From the NCBI RefSeq assembly GCF_006345805.1, contig NC_043010.1, positions 47,368,001 through 47,432,000 on the forward strand: 64,000 nt of DNA, in the 5' to 3' direction. Below the pieces are notes generated by a model that did not search any database, was not told the DNA's origin, and saw nothing but the letters and a program-made list of their open reading frames with translations. The stretch is from Octopus sinensis. Taxonomy: Eukaryota. The translations under genes were made by a program, and so were the position numbers. Position 1 is the first letter of the stretch, and every line of letters begins with the position of its first letter. Shown one piece after another: positions 52,420 through 64,000 of the stretch.

Positions 52420-53430
52420 TTTTGGTTTGTGTCTATGTTTTCGTTTCTCTTTGTGTTCGACGTCCCTTTGGTGTTCTGTACTCATATATGTGTGTATATG
52501 TACATGTAGAGGTAGGTACGTACATATATGTTTATATATATGCATATGTTTCATTTCATTTATTAATATATTATATGACTAAACGCACGCACCCTCTTAA
52601 GTAAGATTGTTCTGTATATCAAGTTTTTGTCTTGATATTAACTCTCACGCGCACTCTTCACCTTTCTGTCCCATCCCTATTCTTTGATTTTCTTTTTCCC
52701 CCACTTAACTTGTCTCTTCCTCTCTCTCTCATTCTTCACTCTCTCTCTCCCCCTCACCATTCTTCATGGTCTCCTTGCAGCCTTTCCCCTTCTTCTCTCC
52801 CTTCCTCTTGCTCCTCCTCCCCCCTTCCCGTTGTCCACCCGCGACGATACTTCCGCCCTGACTGTCTTTTTGGCCTGGCCTTCAAGGCAACTGGACGACA
52901 TTCTTCCTGCTCTCCTGTCGTTCACAAAAAATTCTGCGTTTGCAATACCTTTTTCGTTCGGCGTCAACAGCCCTTCTTATCTTGTTTTTCCCTGTCCTGT
53001 CTTTTATTGTTATATTTTTTTACTGTTTATATTTTTGTACTGTCGTTACTGTCCTGTTTTTTTACCATTTTTTTACCATTTTTTACCCCTCTGCGAAAAG
53101 ATCTCAGAATTTTAATTGATTTGCTTTTCGCAGGAAGGAAAGTTTCTTGTCGAAGATACGTCTTGCTTTTATCCTTCGAAACGTAAAGTAGACGAAACCT
53201 TAGCGACTGAAGAAGGGGTTTTTTCGTTGTGTTAATTGTCCTGTACTCCATTTTTTGTTGTTTTTAAAAGAATGTCCAGTTCCTTTGGTTTGTGTCTATG
53301 TTTTCGTTTCTCTTTGTGTTCGACGTCCCTTTGGTGTCCTGTACTCATATATGCGTGTATATGTACATGTAGAGGTAGGTACGTACATATATGTTTATAT
53401 ATATGCATATGTTTTATTTCATTTATTAAT
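52420..53430 (+). mobile_element. ~1 kb non-coding element with ~150-bp terminal direct repeats (partial-tandem, PLE-like)
   Basis: 52420-52570 is nearly identical to 53284-53430; CT-rich interior with hairpins (ctgcgaaaag/cttttcgcag); flanked by (TA)n. Confidence 0.65.
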
Positions 53431-53786
53431 ATATATATATATATATATATATCACCATTTAACATCTGTTTTCCATGCTGGCATGGGTTAGATGGCTAGA
53501 CTGCAACTAGTAAGCCAGAGAGCTGTACCAGGCTCCAGTCAGTTTTGACTTGGTTTTTATGGGTGGATTCCCTTCCTAATGCCAACCACTCCCCAAAGTG
53601 TAGGAGGTGTTTTTTTTACGTGTCACTGGCACATGTGCCTTTTATGTGTCACCAGCACATCATCAGTACTAACCGCAACTATGATTTCACCTGACTTGAC
53701 ATGTCTTCTCAAGTACAGCTAATCTCTCTCTCTCTCCCTATATATATATAGTGTCTTGGGAGGGTCATTACACCAGTAATAAACAA

Positions 53787-53833
<47 letters not shown>

Positions 53834-53954
53834 AAACATCTTACATATATCCACGCATATATGTACATACACATATATACATATAAAACACACACATACA
53901 CATATTTATATATATATATACATATGTTGAGAAATTTGCAAGGTGGCCACCTAC

Positions 53955-54083
53955 CTGGTGTATTTTATTTTTATATTCATTTTGAAAATCACTAATGGTT
54001 TTCTTAGTCAACATCTCCTGAGAAGATAGCTTTTCTTTTGCGGCTCGGATTTCATTATCTTTCTGGACAAGGTTATCTTCCAA
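53955..54083 (-). CDS. CCDC186: CCDC186-like coding exon
   Basis: ttacag|...CAG|gtag. 129 nt, LEDNLVQKDNEIRAAKEKLSSQEMLTKKTISDFQNEYKNKIHQ; coiled-coil composition; phase 0-0. Confidence 0.85.
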
Positions 54084-54090
54084 CTGTAAC

Positions 54091-54133
<43 letters not shown>

Positions 54134-56594
54134 TTGTTTTTATTTGCCAGCAGAGCGAAGGATGAGGGGGACAATACAAAGATAGACATAAAGTGTGAGG
54201 GGTTTACATATATTGGAATGGTTATTAAAAAAAGGAATGTATACACGGAATACATTAGAAGAAGGGAAGTATAAAATTGTTTCAAAATTTGGCACAAGAC
54301 CAGCAATTTTAGAGTGGGGCATAGTTGATAATATTAACCCCCAAAAGTGGTACTTAATGTTATTAACCCTGAAAGGATGAAAGGCAAAATCAACCTCAGC
54401 AGCAGCAGCAATAATAATGGTTTCAAATTTTTGCACAAGGCCAGCAATTCTGGGAGAGGGAGTAAATTGATTGCATCAAGCCAAGTACTCAACTGGTACT
54501 TTTTTTTTACTGACCCTGAAGGGATGAAAGGAAAAGTTGATCTCAGCGGAATTTGAACTCAGAATGTAAAGATGGACAAAATAATAATAATAATAGTAGT
54601 AATAATTTTGGCACAGAGTCAGCAATTTTAGTGGGAAGGCATGGTTGATTATATTAACCCCAGAACTGGGACTTTATATTAACAACTCCGAAAAAATGAA
54701 CAGCAAAGTTGACCTCAGCAGCATTTGAACTCAGAATGTAAATCTGCAAGAAATGTCACTAAGCATTTTGTCTGGTGGGGTAATGAGTCTGCCAGCTCAA
54801 AGAAAGAAATCATGAAACAAAGACAAAAACAATAAAAATACTAATTTATGTAAAATGTAATTTTTAAAAGTAAAACCTTAAAATCTATAAAACATCAAGC
54901 TATAGTAAAAATGTTATAATACAAATTTTATGATCCATACTTTAAAAGATGCTGAGATTATTAATGCAGAGGCATAGATATAGCTGGGTAATTAAGAAGT
55001 TTATTTTGCTGCCATATAGTTTTGAATTGTAAGCCATTGCATGGCAACTTTGGCATGTGGCATAATGTGGTCTATCCAATACTGTAAGTTTCATTAGGTC
55101 TATGTAAACTGTGTGAAGAGACTATCATGTCTGTGTGTTAGCAATAATGATATGTCAACAAAAAATGGATTCTCGGAAAGATATGCTAAAAAGAATAGAA
55201 ATAGAAAATACCCATAACTTGGTTTAATCCTCTTTTCAATTAACAAGTTTCTACTCTTATGACTAAAATGATTTTCAGCCTTTTGCAAAAACACTTCCCC
55301 TTTACCCATAAAGGTTACAAAATTTTTAATAAAACTTCAATAAAAGATATGTATTGGATTCACTTGAAATTTATTCAAATCAAGTTATAGTCATCATCTT
55401 TACATGTTTTAAAATCAGCTTACAGCACAGACACAAATTTGTCTACATTTATTTGGAGTCTTAAAAGCAATAGTTTAAACTATAGCAGTAAAATGGAAAT
55501 TAATAGGTTTACTATAAACCACATAATTATCCTAACAGGCTGTTTATGTTGCATTTCTGAGTTTTATGAAATAACATTTTCCAATCTCTCTTTAATTGCA
55601 ATTAAGAGTTGGTAGCTACTTGCATTCATTGTGTTTTTCAAATGCTAAAATATTTCAAATCACTTCTCAGAACAAATAACTGAAAATAGTTAAGGAGAGC
55701 AATATCTTCTTTTGAAATATTTTCTTTCATGACAGCCTTGATTTATGAATACCATGCTATAAACTATTGATTTCATTCAAACAAATGTTTTTAATTCTTT
55801 TAAAGAGGAAACATTACACCATTTTAAAAGCACACATTAGACTACATTGACTAATGTAGTCTTAGTTATACAGTGTCTGAATAAAAGAGAGAATGGTTGA
55901 AGTGGGTACGGCTTTGGACACAGGTCAGCTTGACCAGTGCTGACCTGGAAATAAAGACTGACTTATAAAACCAGATATAACTATGTATTAAAACTCAGTC
56001 CTAACTTCTGTCAAATCATCAGCTTTTGTAACATGAACACATATGTGATGTTATGATAATTGTGAACTTAGAAAAACACATTAAATAAATATGATACTGA
56101 TGAGCTAGAAAAGAAATTAGTTTAACCCTTTAGCATTTGAACCAGCCTTTCAGGCCCAAATATTCTGTTTTATGTTCAAACCACCCAGATTTAGCCTCTC
56201 AATGTCATTTTAAAAATAAACAATTACATCATTGAAATAGTACAGGAGATATTGCATAATTAATTCAAAACAATGTGAATAAATAGGCATTATATTTGAC
56301 AGAGTAATCTGAATGCTAAAAAGTTAAGACTATCCATACCAAAGACACATATAAGCACCACTAGCAGACAGCTGTAAAATCCCAGAAGTATTTATATGTA
56401 CCCTACTTGTTATTTTGTAAAATCCCAGAGATGTTTATATGCATCTTTTAATAGTCTATATGGAATTTCATAGCTATAGAAAAGAGACACTTGTCTGCTT
56501 CTGTGGTATGGTTAGTGTTAAATTACTTAAGTAGGAAATAAGGAGAAAAAACCCCCCAGAAAACGATATTTCATTGAATCATTTTATAACATAC

Positions 56595-56718
56595 CGCTTT
56601 CAACTGAGTTAAATACAAATCATTATCAGAGCAGGTATCGAGCTCCTTTCGATATGAATTCCTTTCCAGTTTAATCACTTCAAACTTTTCTTGTTGAGAA
56701 TTAGATTGAGACTCTAAT
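56595..56718 (-). CDS. CCDC186: CCDC186-like coding exon (most 5' exon recognisable in the window)
   Basis: Acceptor ttttcatttcag, donor GCG|gtat. 124 nt (1+123) encoding LESQSNSQQEKFEVIKLERNSYRKELDTCSDNDLYLTQLKA. Ends in phase 0, matching the next exon. Confidence 0.75.
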
Positions 56719-57609
56719 CTGAAATGAAAAATAATGTTTCAAAATTAAAGAAAACATTGGTATGAAAAGATCAATGAAGATGGAAGAACAATCACTTGGA
56801 AACAAACTTCAATGCAGGAGGTTAACTTCTTTGATTGGCAGAAAGCCACAAATTTGATCAAGTACAGGATCAAATCCAGTATTTGATCAAGCCATGTAGG
56901 ATTAGAAAATAAAATTAAGAAATGTGTTGATTTTAACAATATTTTAACACAGAATACAGTAAAGAGCATAGTTCACTTTGCTAATGTTTCTGCCCAATGG
57001 AATATCCTTATTACCCATAATTATGTTGATTTCTACCTCCAGACAGCACTCACCTCCCATTCAGCCACACATTACAAAAACTACTTTTTCTAAACCCTAC
57101 TGCTTTATTATTTGAAGTGTTATCTTGTCTAGCACCACCACCATTGGATTTAACTACATTTACAGTAGGAACAATATATATATTTTTACTACTTGCTTCA
57201 GTCATTAGACTGCAGCCATGCTGGGGCATCACTTCGAGGGATTTTTAGTCAAATGAATCAACCCCAGTCCTTTTTATTTTTAAGTCTGGTATTTATTCTA
57301 TCATTCTCTTTTGTTGAATTGCTAAGTTATGGGGACATAAACACACCAACACCAGTTGTCAAGTGGTGAAAGGGGGACAAACATAGACATAAACTCTCTC
57401 TCTCTCATACACACATACACTAACGGGCTTCTTTCAGTTTCTGTCTACCAAACCCACTCACAAGGCTTTGGTCAGCCTGAGGCTATAGTAGAAGACACTT
57501 ACTCAAGGTGTCATGTAGTGGGACTGAACCAGGAACCATGTGGTTGGGAAGCAAGCTTACCACACAGCCATGGTCAAGTGTTTGGGCAGTTATTCTGTTA
57601 ACTATATAG

Positions 57610-58110
57610 ACATTGGTTTTTCTGAAAACATGGAATGGCTTTTAAGTGTGTAGCTCAACAATCAGACTAGACACTTAAGCAAAAGCTAAAAGTTTGCATG
57701 ATAATGTGCAGGGTAAGGAAGGCACATCTAATATAAAACTTTTTACTAGTTTGTAAAAGTTAATTTGAAAGGGTTAGAGTTACCTTACTTCGCTGCTATT
57801 ACTGAGGAGCTGAAGAACATTACTTCTGGAGGAGGTTACACACAAGAACAAGAGTACACTGTTAATGAAAGTAAGGCTTTTCTGGAAGTCTACTAGGATT
57901 TTATTTCTAGTGAAGAACAATAAACACCAGGTATTGAAGCCTTTAAAAATTGCCTAACCCTTCCTGTGTAAGCAAATGCTACTGCTAACATGAAATTTAA
58001 ACCCCTACTTGTGTATCACTCTGAGAATATACCTGTGACTAGTTTACAAACACATATTTGACATGCTTTAGAAAGGTACACAGCCAGACATAATTTTTCC
58101 AACTAAGCAT
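57610..58110 (+). mobile_element. Tigger/pogo (DDE_1) transposase relic
   Basis: Across frameshifts and stops: ELKNITSGGGYTQEQEYTVNES…FW…FISSEEQ*TPGIEAFKNCLTL…ANATANMKFKPLLVYHSEN, matching the Tigger motifs GGY..EQ.FN.DETGLFW and LKPLLVYHSENP. Confidence 0.8.
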
Positions 58111-59069
58111 TTAGACCAGTGGTTTTCAACTATTTTTTATCTATGGACCCCTTTGATTACTATTTATTTCTGGTAGACCCCAATAGCCATTCAGTGTTTA
58201 GAAACTAGTTTTATAGATATTTTTTTCAAAATTTCTATCTTCTTTATCACACATTCTATTGTGTACACTGAGAAAGAAATCTAGCTGTTTCTTGCAATAA
58301 ATACTTTTAAAGTAAAACACTTTTATAGATCCTTAAAATATTACTGTGGACCCAATGTACTATTATACTTGTGTGGACCCCACAAAATCTTATATGAACC
58401 ACCAGAGGTCATATGGACCTCAGTTGACTACTATTAATTTAGACAATACACCAAGTCAACTAATGAACTGTTATGATTTTTTTCATAATGTGAGAATGAA
58501 AAATATCCCCAAGAACATGACTTGTTTGCTCCAGCCAAAGAATTAAGATTTGATAGTTAACTTCAAGACATACCATCAGAGAAAAACTGAAATAGAGACA
58601 ACTGGAAAAAGTACTGTAAAATTGATGAGCATTTCATTGGCTCTCTATAGTGAGTTCAATTTTACATATGGAAAACATTACCTAAATTAACATCCTACAT
58701 CCAAAAACTGAGTTAGTTATCAACCACTTACTACTTCAAGAATAAATATGTCTATGACAGAAGAAAATAATAATAACAATGATTATAATAATTGCCTCAA
58801 AATTTGGCATAAGTTGCTTGACTTATACTATCAAAGATAAAAGGCAAAGTTGACCACAGTGAAATTCAAACTCAGTACATAAAGCCGGAAGAAATGCTAT
58901 TAAGCATTATATCCAACATGCCACCTTAACAATATTAATAATTGTAAACCTAGAGAATTTAAAGTCTATCCATTTCATGCTTGTTGCTAATGGCCTTGAG
59001 AAACATGATTATGACACAATCTGTTGTATATAAAGTTTTGGCATTTTGCCCTTGACATTTTATTATTAT

Positions 59070-59445
59070 TATTATTATTATTTTATGTTTGACTTTTGCT
59101 TTACATTTGTACAAGTTGGCTCCAAGTCTTACCCAGAGACCTCAAGAGACAACAAGTTGTAAGTTCATGTTGGTGTTATGCCTAGGGTGCCATATATTTG
59201 GTTTTGTACATAGTGTTGTTCTAGAGAATGTTTAAGAAACTATAAGAAAATTATGTTTGTTTTAAAACTTGAGATTACATAGAAAGTGTTTCACGTAGGA
59301 TATGAGCAGTTTCCATGAGCACTATCTTTTGAATTTCTGCCATTTTGGGGTTTCATTCCCAGAGCACCTATGACAACAGGTATTGTTTTAGTCTTTAGGT
59401 TCCACATTTTGCTAATTTCTATTTCAAGATTTTTATATTTGCTCA
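59070..59445 (-). mobile_element. R4/Dong-type non-LTR element, 3' fragment (restriction-like endonuclease C-terminus plus 3' UTR) in (TAA)n
   Basis: LSKYKNLEIEISKMWNLKTKTIPVVIGALG…EIQKIVLMETAHILRETLSM*; (TAA)n tracts on both sides. Confidence 0.8.
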
Positions 59446-59817
59446 ATTATTATTATTATTATTATTGTTATTATTTTCCTAGACTGTTGTATTTAACACT
59501 AACTTCTTTCTGGTTCCCAGTTATGTGGTTAACAAGTATATCTCTTTTAAGATAGGATGTGAGTCTGTGAAATTGAACTCAGCATGGTCAGCTAATGAAA
59601 CACTTCTTAACCCTTTACCATCTAAACCAACCATATTCAGCTAAAATATTCTTCCTGTTTTATGTTTAAACCAGTCAGATCCTGCCTCTCACACCAACCC
59701 TACAGTGTCATTCTAAAAATAAACAATCTCATCATCTAAGTCTTGAAGCTATGAAATAATATTATGATTAACTCAAAACAGTATGAATAAATGTTATATT
59801 GTCAGTGATGATATATG

Positions 59818-59819
<2 letters not shown>

Positions 59820-59860
<41 letters not shown>

Positions 59861-62800
59861 ACAATATATCACAGTACCAAATATAACCATATAACAATAA
59901 GCAATGTAACAATAGTTTGTTATCTTATTATAACCGTTTGCACAATAACAATCCAATACAGAATCAATAATGAGACTAACACTCCCACAGTTCAACCTCA
60001 ACTCTCCACTGGCTCATCTAATTATAAGACCCGTCCAGTCCACTGACAGTCATGTGCTAGAGTGTCAGTTCACTCTACAACAATAAATAAGCCTTACATT
60101 TGAAATAGTAATCTGAAATTTTTGTATCTGGTTTGTGAAATTTTTGTATCTGTTTATGTGAATTCATGTGTTGGGACAAATTTTGTTGTGTCTATGGAGA
60201 GTCATTATGCTAATATTATTAACACATGAATTGGTTCAATTTCATTCCTTTATTATTAGTTAGTTGAATATTTAACCAACTGACTAATAACAAAAGAGTG
60301 AAATTGAACCAGTGTGTGTGTTAAAAATATTGGAATAATGACTTTCCCTAGACACAACAAAGTAATCTGAAAGCTAAAGGGTTAATATTATAGTGCTACC
60401 ATCACTTAAAATTGAACCTGGGCCCTACCTTCCAGTATTGCAATTTTCAAGGAAAGAGCTGGGAGGGGGGCAATTTCACTGTGTAGGGCAAATAGATCTA
60501 CTCATGGATAGTGTGACAATATATATCAGGTATCATTCTGAGAAGATCTGGTACTTATTCTTGACAATTAGGTGAAGTGATGTGCATAGAATTAAATATA
60601 CAGCCCAAATATGTAATAAAAAGACAGATTGGTATGAAGTCATTTGCAAACATATTCCAACCTTAGACCCACAGACAAGCAGTCTTCTTACTCTACTACT
60701 ATCACAGAAATATCTGCTCCTTGGAGCTGGAAAGTTTCATCAAGTGCTAACTTTTCTTTTATGGCTTAGTCAAAGGGAAAAGATTAGCATCTGTTACCTT
60801 TCTGAAGGGCACCAGTACTGATGCCAAAAAGAAAGAAAGAAACAAGAGACCAGGTAAAAATGCTTGGGCAAGTATTTCCTCCTATAGACCTGGCCTGACT
60901 CATACATGTAGGTGAACTTAGCAAATGGAAACTGTGTGGAAGCCCATCATGCGTGTGTGTGTGTGTGTTTGTTCATCATCATCACTTGACAACTTTAGTA
61001 GAGTAGCCCAACAGAATAGGTACCAGACTTCAAAAAAATAAGTACTGGGGTTGATTTCTTCAACGAAACTCTTTAAGGTGGTGCCCCAGCATGGTCACAG
61101 TTTAATGACTGAAACAAGTAAAAGATAAAAGAGTAGGCTACTCTGCTAAAGGATCCTGAGGGTCAAGTGATGGGGATATTAAACTCGATAGATTTCATGT
61201 ACAAGGCAATAACCATCAGTTATGACCATACTCAATGTATATGACTATAACCAAAATGAACATTATGATATTCAAAACGTATGTAGGTGTGTGAGACTTT
61301 TATCATAATAGGCAGAGGTGTTCCCAACCACATGGATCCAGGTTCAGTCCCACTGTGTGGCACATTTTGGCAAGTGTCTTGTCCTAAAGCCGTGAGCTCA
61401 CCAAAGCCTTGTGAGTGGATTTGGTAAACAGAAACTGAAAGAAGTCTGTTGTGTTTATACATGTGTGTGTGTGTGTGTGGTGTGTGTGTGTGTGTGTATA
61501 TATAACAATATATCACAGTACCAAATATAACCATATAACAATAAGCAATGTAACAATAGTTTGTTATCTTATTATAACCGTTTGCACAATAACAATCCAA
61601 TACAGAATCAATAATGAGACTAACACTCCCACAGTTCAACCTCAACTCTCCACTGGCTCATCTAATTATAAGACCCGTCCAGTCCACTGACAGTCATGTG
61701 CTAGAGTGTCAGTTCACTCTACAACAATAAATAAGCCTTACATTTGAAATAGTAATCTGAAATTTTTGTATCTGGTTTGTGAAATTTTTGTATCTGTTTA
61801 TGTGAATTCATGTGTTGGGACAAATTTTGTTGTGTCTATGGAGAGTCATTATGCTAATATTATTAACACATGAATTGGTTCAATTTCATTCCTTTATTAT
61901 TAGTAGTTGAATATTTAACCAACTGACTAATAACAAAAGAGTGAAATTGAACCAGTGTGTGTGTTAAAAATATTGGAATAATGACTTTCCCTAGACACAA
62001 CAAAGTAATCTGAAAGCTAAAGGGTTAATATTATAGTGCTACCATCACTTAAAATTGAACCTGGGCCCTACCTTCCAGTATTGCAATTTTCAAGGAAAGA
62101 GCTGGGAGGGGGGCAATTTCACTGTGTAGGGCAAATAGATCTACTCATGGATAGTGTGACAATATATATCAGGTATCATTCTGAGAAGATCTGGTACTTA
62201 TTCTTGACAATTAGGTGAAGTGATGTGCATAGAATTAAATATACAGCCCAAATATGTAATAAAAAGACAGATTGGTATGAAGTCATTTGCAAACATATTC
62301 CAACCTTAGACCCACAGACAAGCAGTCTTCTTACTCTACTACTATCACAGAAATATCTGCTCCTTGGAGCTGGAAAGTTTCATCAAGTGCTAACTTTTCT
62401 TTTATGGCTTAGTCAAAGGGAAAAGATTAGCATCTGTTACCTTTCTGAAGGGCACCAGTACTGATGCCAAAAAGAAAGAAAGAAACAAGAGACCAGGTAA
62501 AAATGCTTGGGCAAGTATTTCCTCCTATAGACCTGGCCTGACTCATACATGTAGGTGAACTTAGCAAATGGAAACTGTGTGGAAGCCCATCATGCGTGTG
62601 TGTGTGTGTGTTTGTTCATCATCATCACTTGACAACTTTAGTAGAGTAGCCCAACAGAATAGGTACCAGACTTCAAAAAAATAAGTACTGGGGTTGATTT
62701 CTTCAACGAAACTCTTTAAGGTGGTGCCCCAGCATGGTCACAGTTTAATGACTGAAACAAGTAAAAGATAAAAGAGTAGGCTACTCTGCTAAAGGATCCT

Positions 62801-63100
62801 GAGGGTCAAGTGATGGGGATATTAAACTCGATAGATTTCATGTACAAGGCAATAACCATCAGTTATGACCATACTCAATGTATATGACTATAACCAAAAT
62901 GAACATTATGATATTCAAAACGTATGTAGGTGTGTGAGACTTTTATCATAATAGGCAGAGGTGTTCCCAACCACATGGATCCAGGTTCAGTCCCACTGTG
63001 TGGCACATTTTGGCAAGTGTCTTGTCCTAAAGCCGTGAGCTCACCAAAGCCTTGTGAGTGGATTTGGTAAACAGAAACTGAAAGAAGTCTGTTGTGTTTA

Positions 63101-63138
<38 letters not shown>
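59820..63138. repeat. Near-identical tandem duplication, unit ~1643 bp
   Basis: 59851-61494 is repeated at 61495-63138 (identical ORF pairs 60393/62036 and 60582/62225, offset 1643); the junctions lie in (TG)n tracts. Confidence 0.95.
60119..60360. mobile_element. Foldback element with a 12-bp TSD inside a piggyBac-type MITE (second copy ~61763-62003)
   Basis: tttgttgtgtcta.ggagagtcatt… pairs with …aatgactttccctagacacaacaaa; TSD agtaatctgaaa at 60107-60118 and 60361-60372. Confidence 0.75.
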
Positions 63139-63146
<8 letters not shown>

Positions 63147-63874
63147 TGTGTGTCCACCACCACTTGGCAACTGGTGTTGGTTTGTTTACATCCCTGTAAC
63201 TTAGTGGTTTAGCAAAAGAGACCAATAGAATAAGTACTGGGGTCGGTTTATCAACTAAAAAAAAAACCCCTTCAAGTCAGTGCTTCAGTATCACCACAGT
63301 CCAGTGACTGACAAAACATAACCAGACTGTGTGTGTGTGTGTGTGCGTGTGCGTGTAACTATAATCAGAATGGGTATGTTGACATTAACTAAGTGTTGGA
63401 AAGAGTTATTGATTTGCTTGCTCTTTGCATGAAGGACTGAGAGAGAAATGTTCTCCACAGCATGTTATGATCGCAAAGGATAACGCACGGTACGAGTGTG
63501 TATGTCAACTCTGCATCTATGAGTATTGATCTATAATGTATTCAGTGTGTGTGTGCTGGTCTGCTAAGAAGAGCATGTGCGTGGGGGGGGTGTAATGTGA
63601 TGGAATAAGTGTATTGTATAATTATGTTGTGAATAGTTGCTATTGTTGCTGTTGTGTGGTACAAGGTAAGCCCTGATGACATATACCCATGATCAAAGAC
63701 ATTCTAGCCTTGACTATCCTGTCTTTTTAAGGACACCTAAAGTACATTATCTCATGTAACTTAGGGTTTAATCTGAGGGAAATTTGGTTGCTATCTCTAG
63801 CAAGTTGATTGAACACATCAATGCTTCTTTGTTAGATATATTTAAATGTACCACAGTGTGGGAGGGAGGGACAG

Positions 63875-63932
<58 letters not shown>

Positions 63933-64000
63933 TGTGAGAGAGATAGAGTGTGAGAGAAAGAGAGAGTGTGTGAGAGAGGGGGAGAAAGAGAAAGAGTGTG

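Overview
AT-rich, repeat-dense animal genomic DNA. The SINE/MITE families and (TA)n/(TG)n/(ATT)n microsatellites suggest an octopus (inference). The window lies inside one minus-strand gene, a CCDC186 (coiled-coil domain-containing 186) orthologue. I traced 15 coding exons from 56718 down to 23018, all with GT-AG boundaries and consistent phases, plus a candidate 30-nt in-frame microexon at 13441-13470. The first and last coding exons are not visible in the window. The introns contain a young Penelope-like retroelement (RT with YVDD plus GIY-YIG endonuclease) arranged as a ~1.76 kb-arm inverted repeat, RTE and R4/Dong LINE relics, mariner and Tigger/pogo relics, piggyBac- and hAT-type MITEs, foldback elements, many tRNA-derived SINEs and a near-perfect 1.64 kb tandem duplication. 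The most notable signal is a set of minimal type-I hammerhead-ribozyme motifs in several distinct elements. One is a tRNA-headed SINE with a Penelope-style inverted tail and a 12-bp TSD (50392-50754), a candidate Penelope-mobilised ribozyme SINE. Most ORFs in the supplied track are spurious microsatellite or SINE read-throughs. All family assignments rest on recalled motifs, not database searches.
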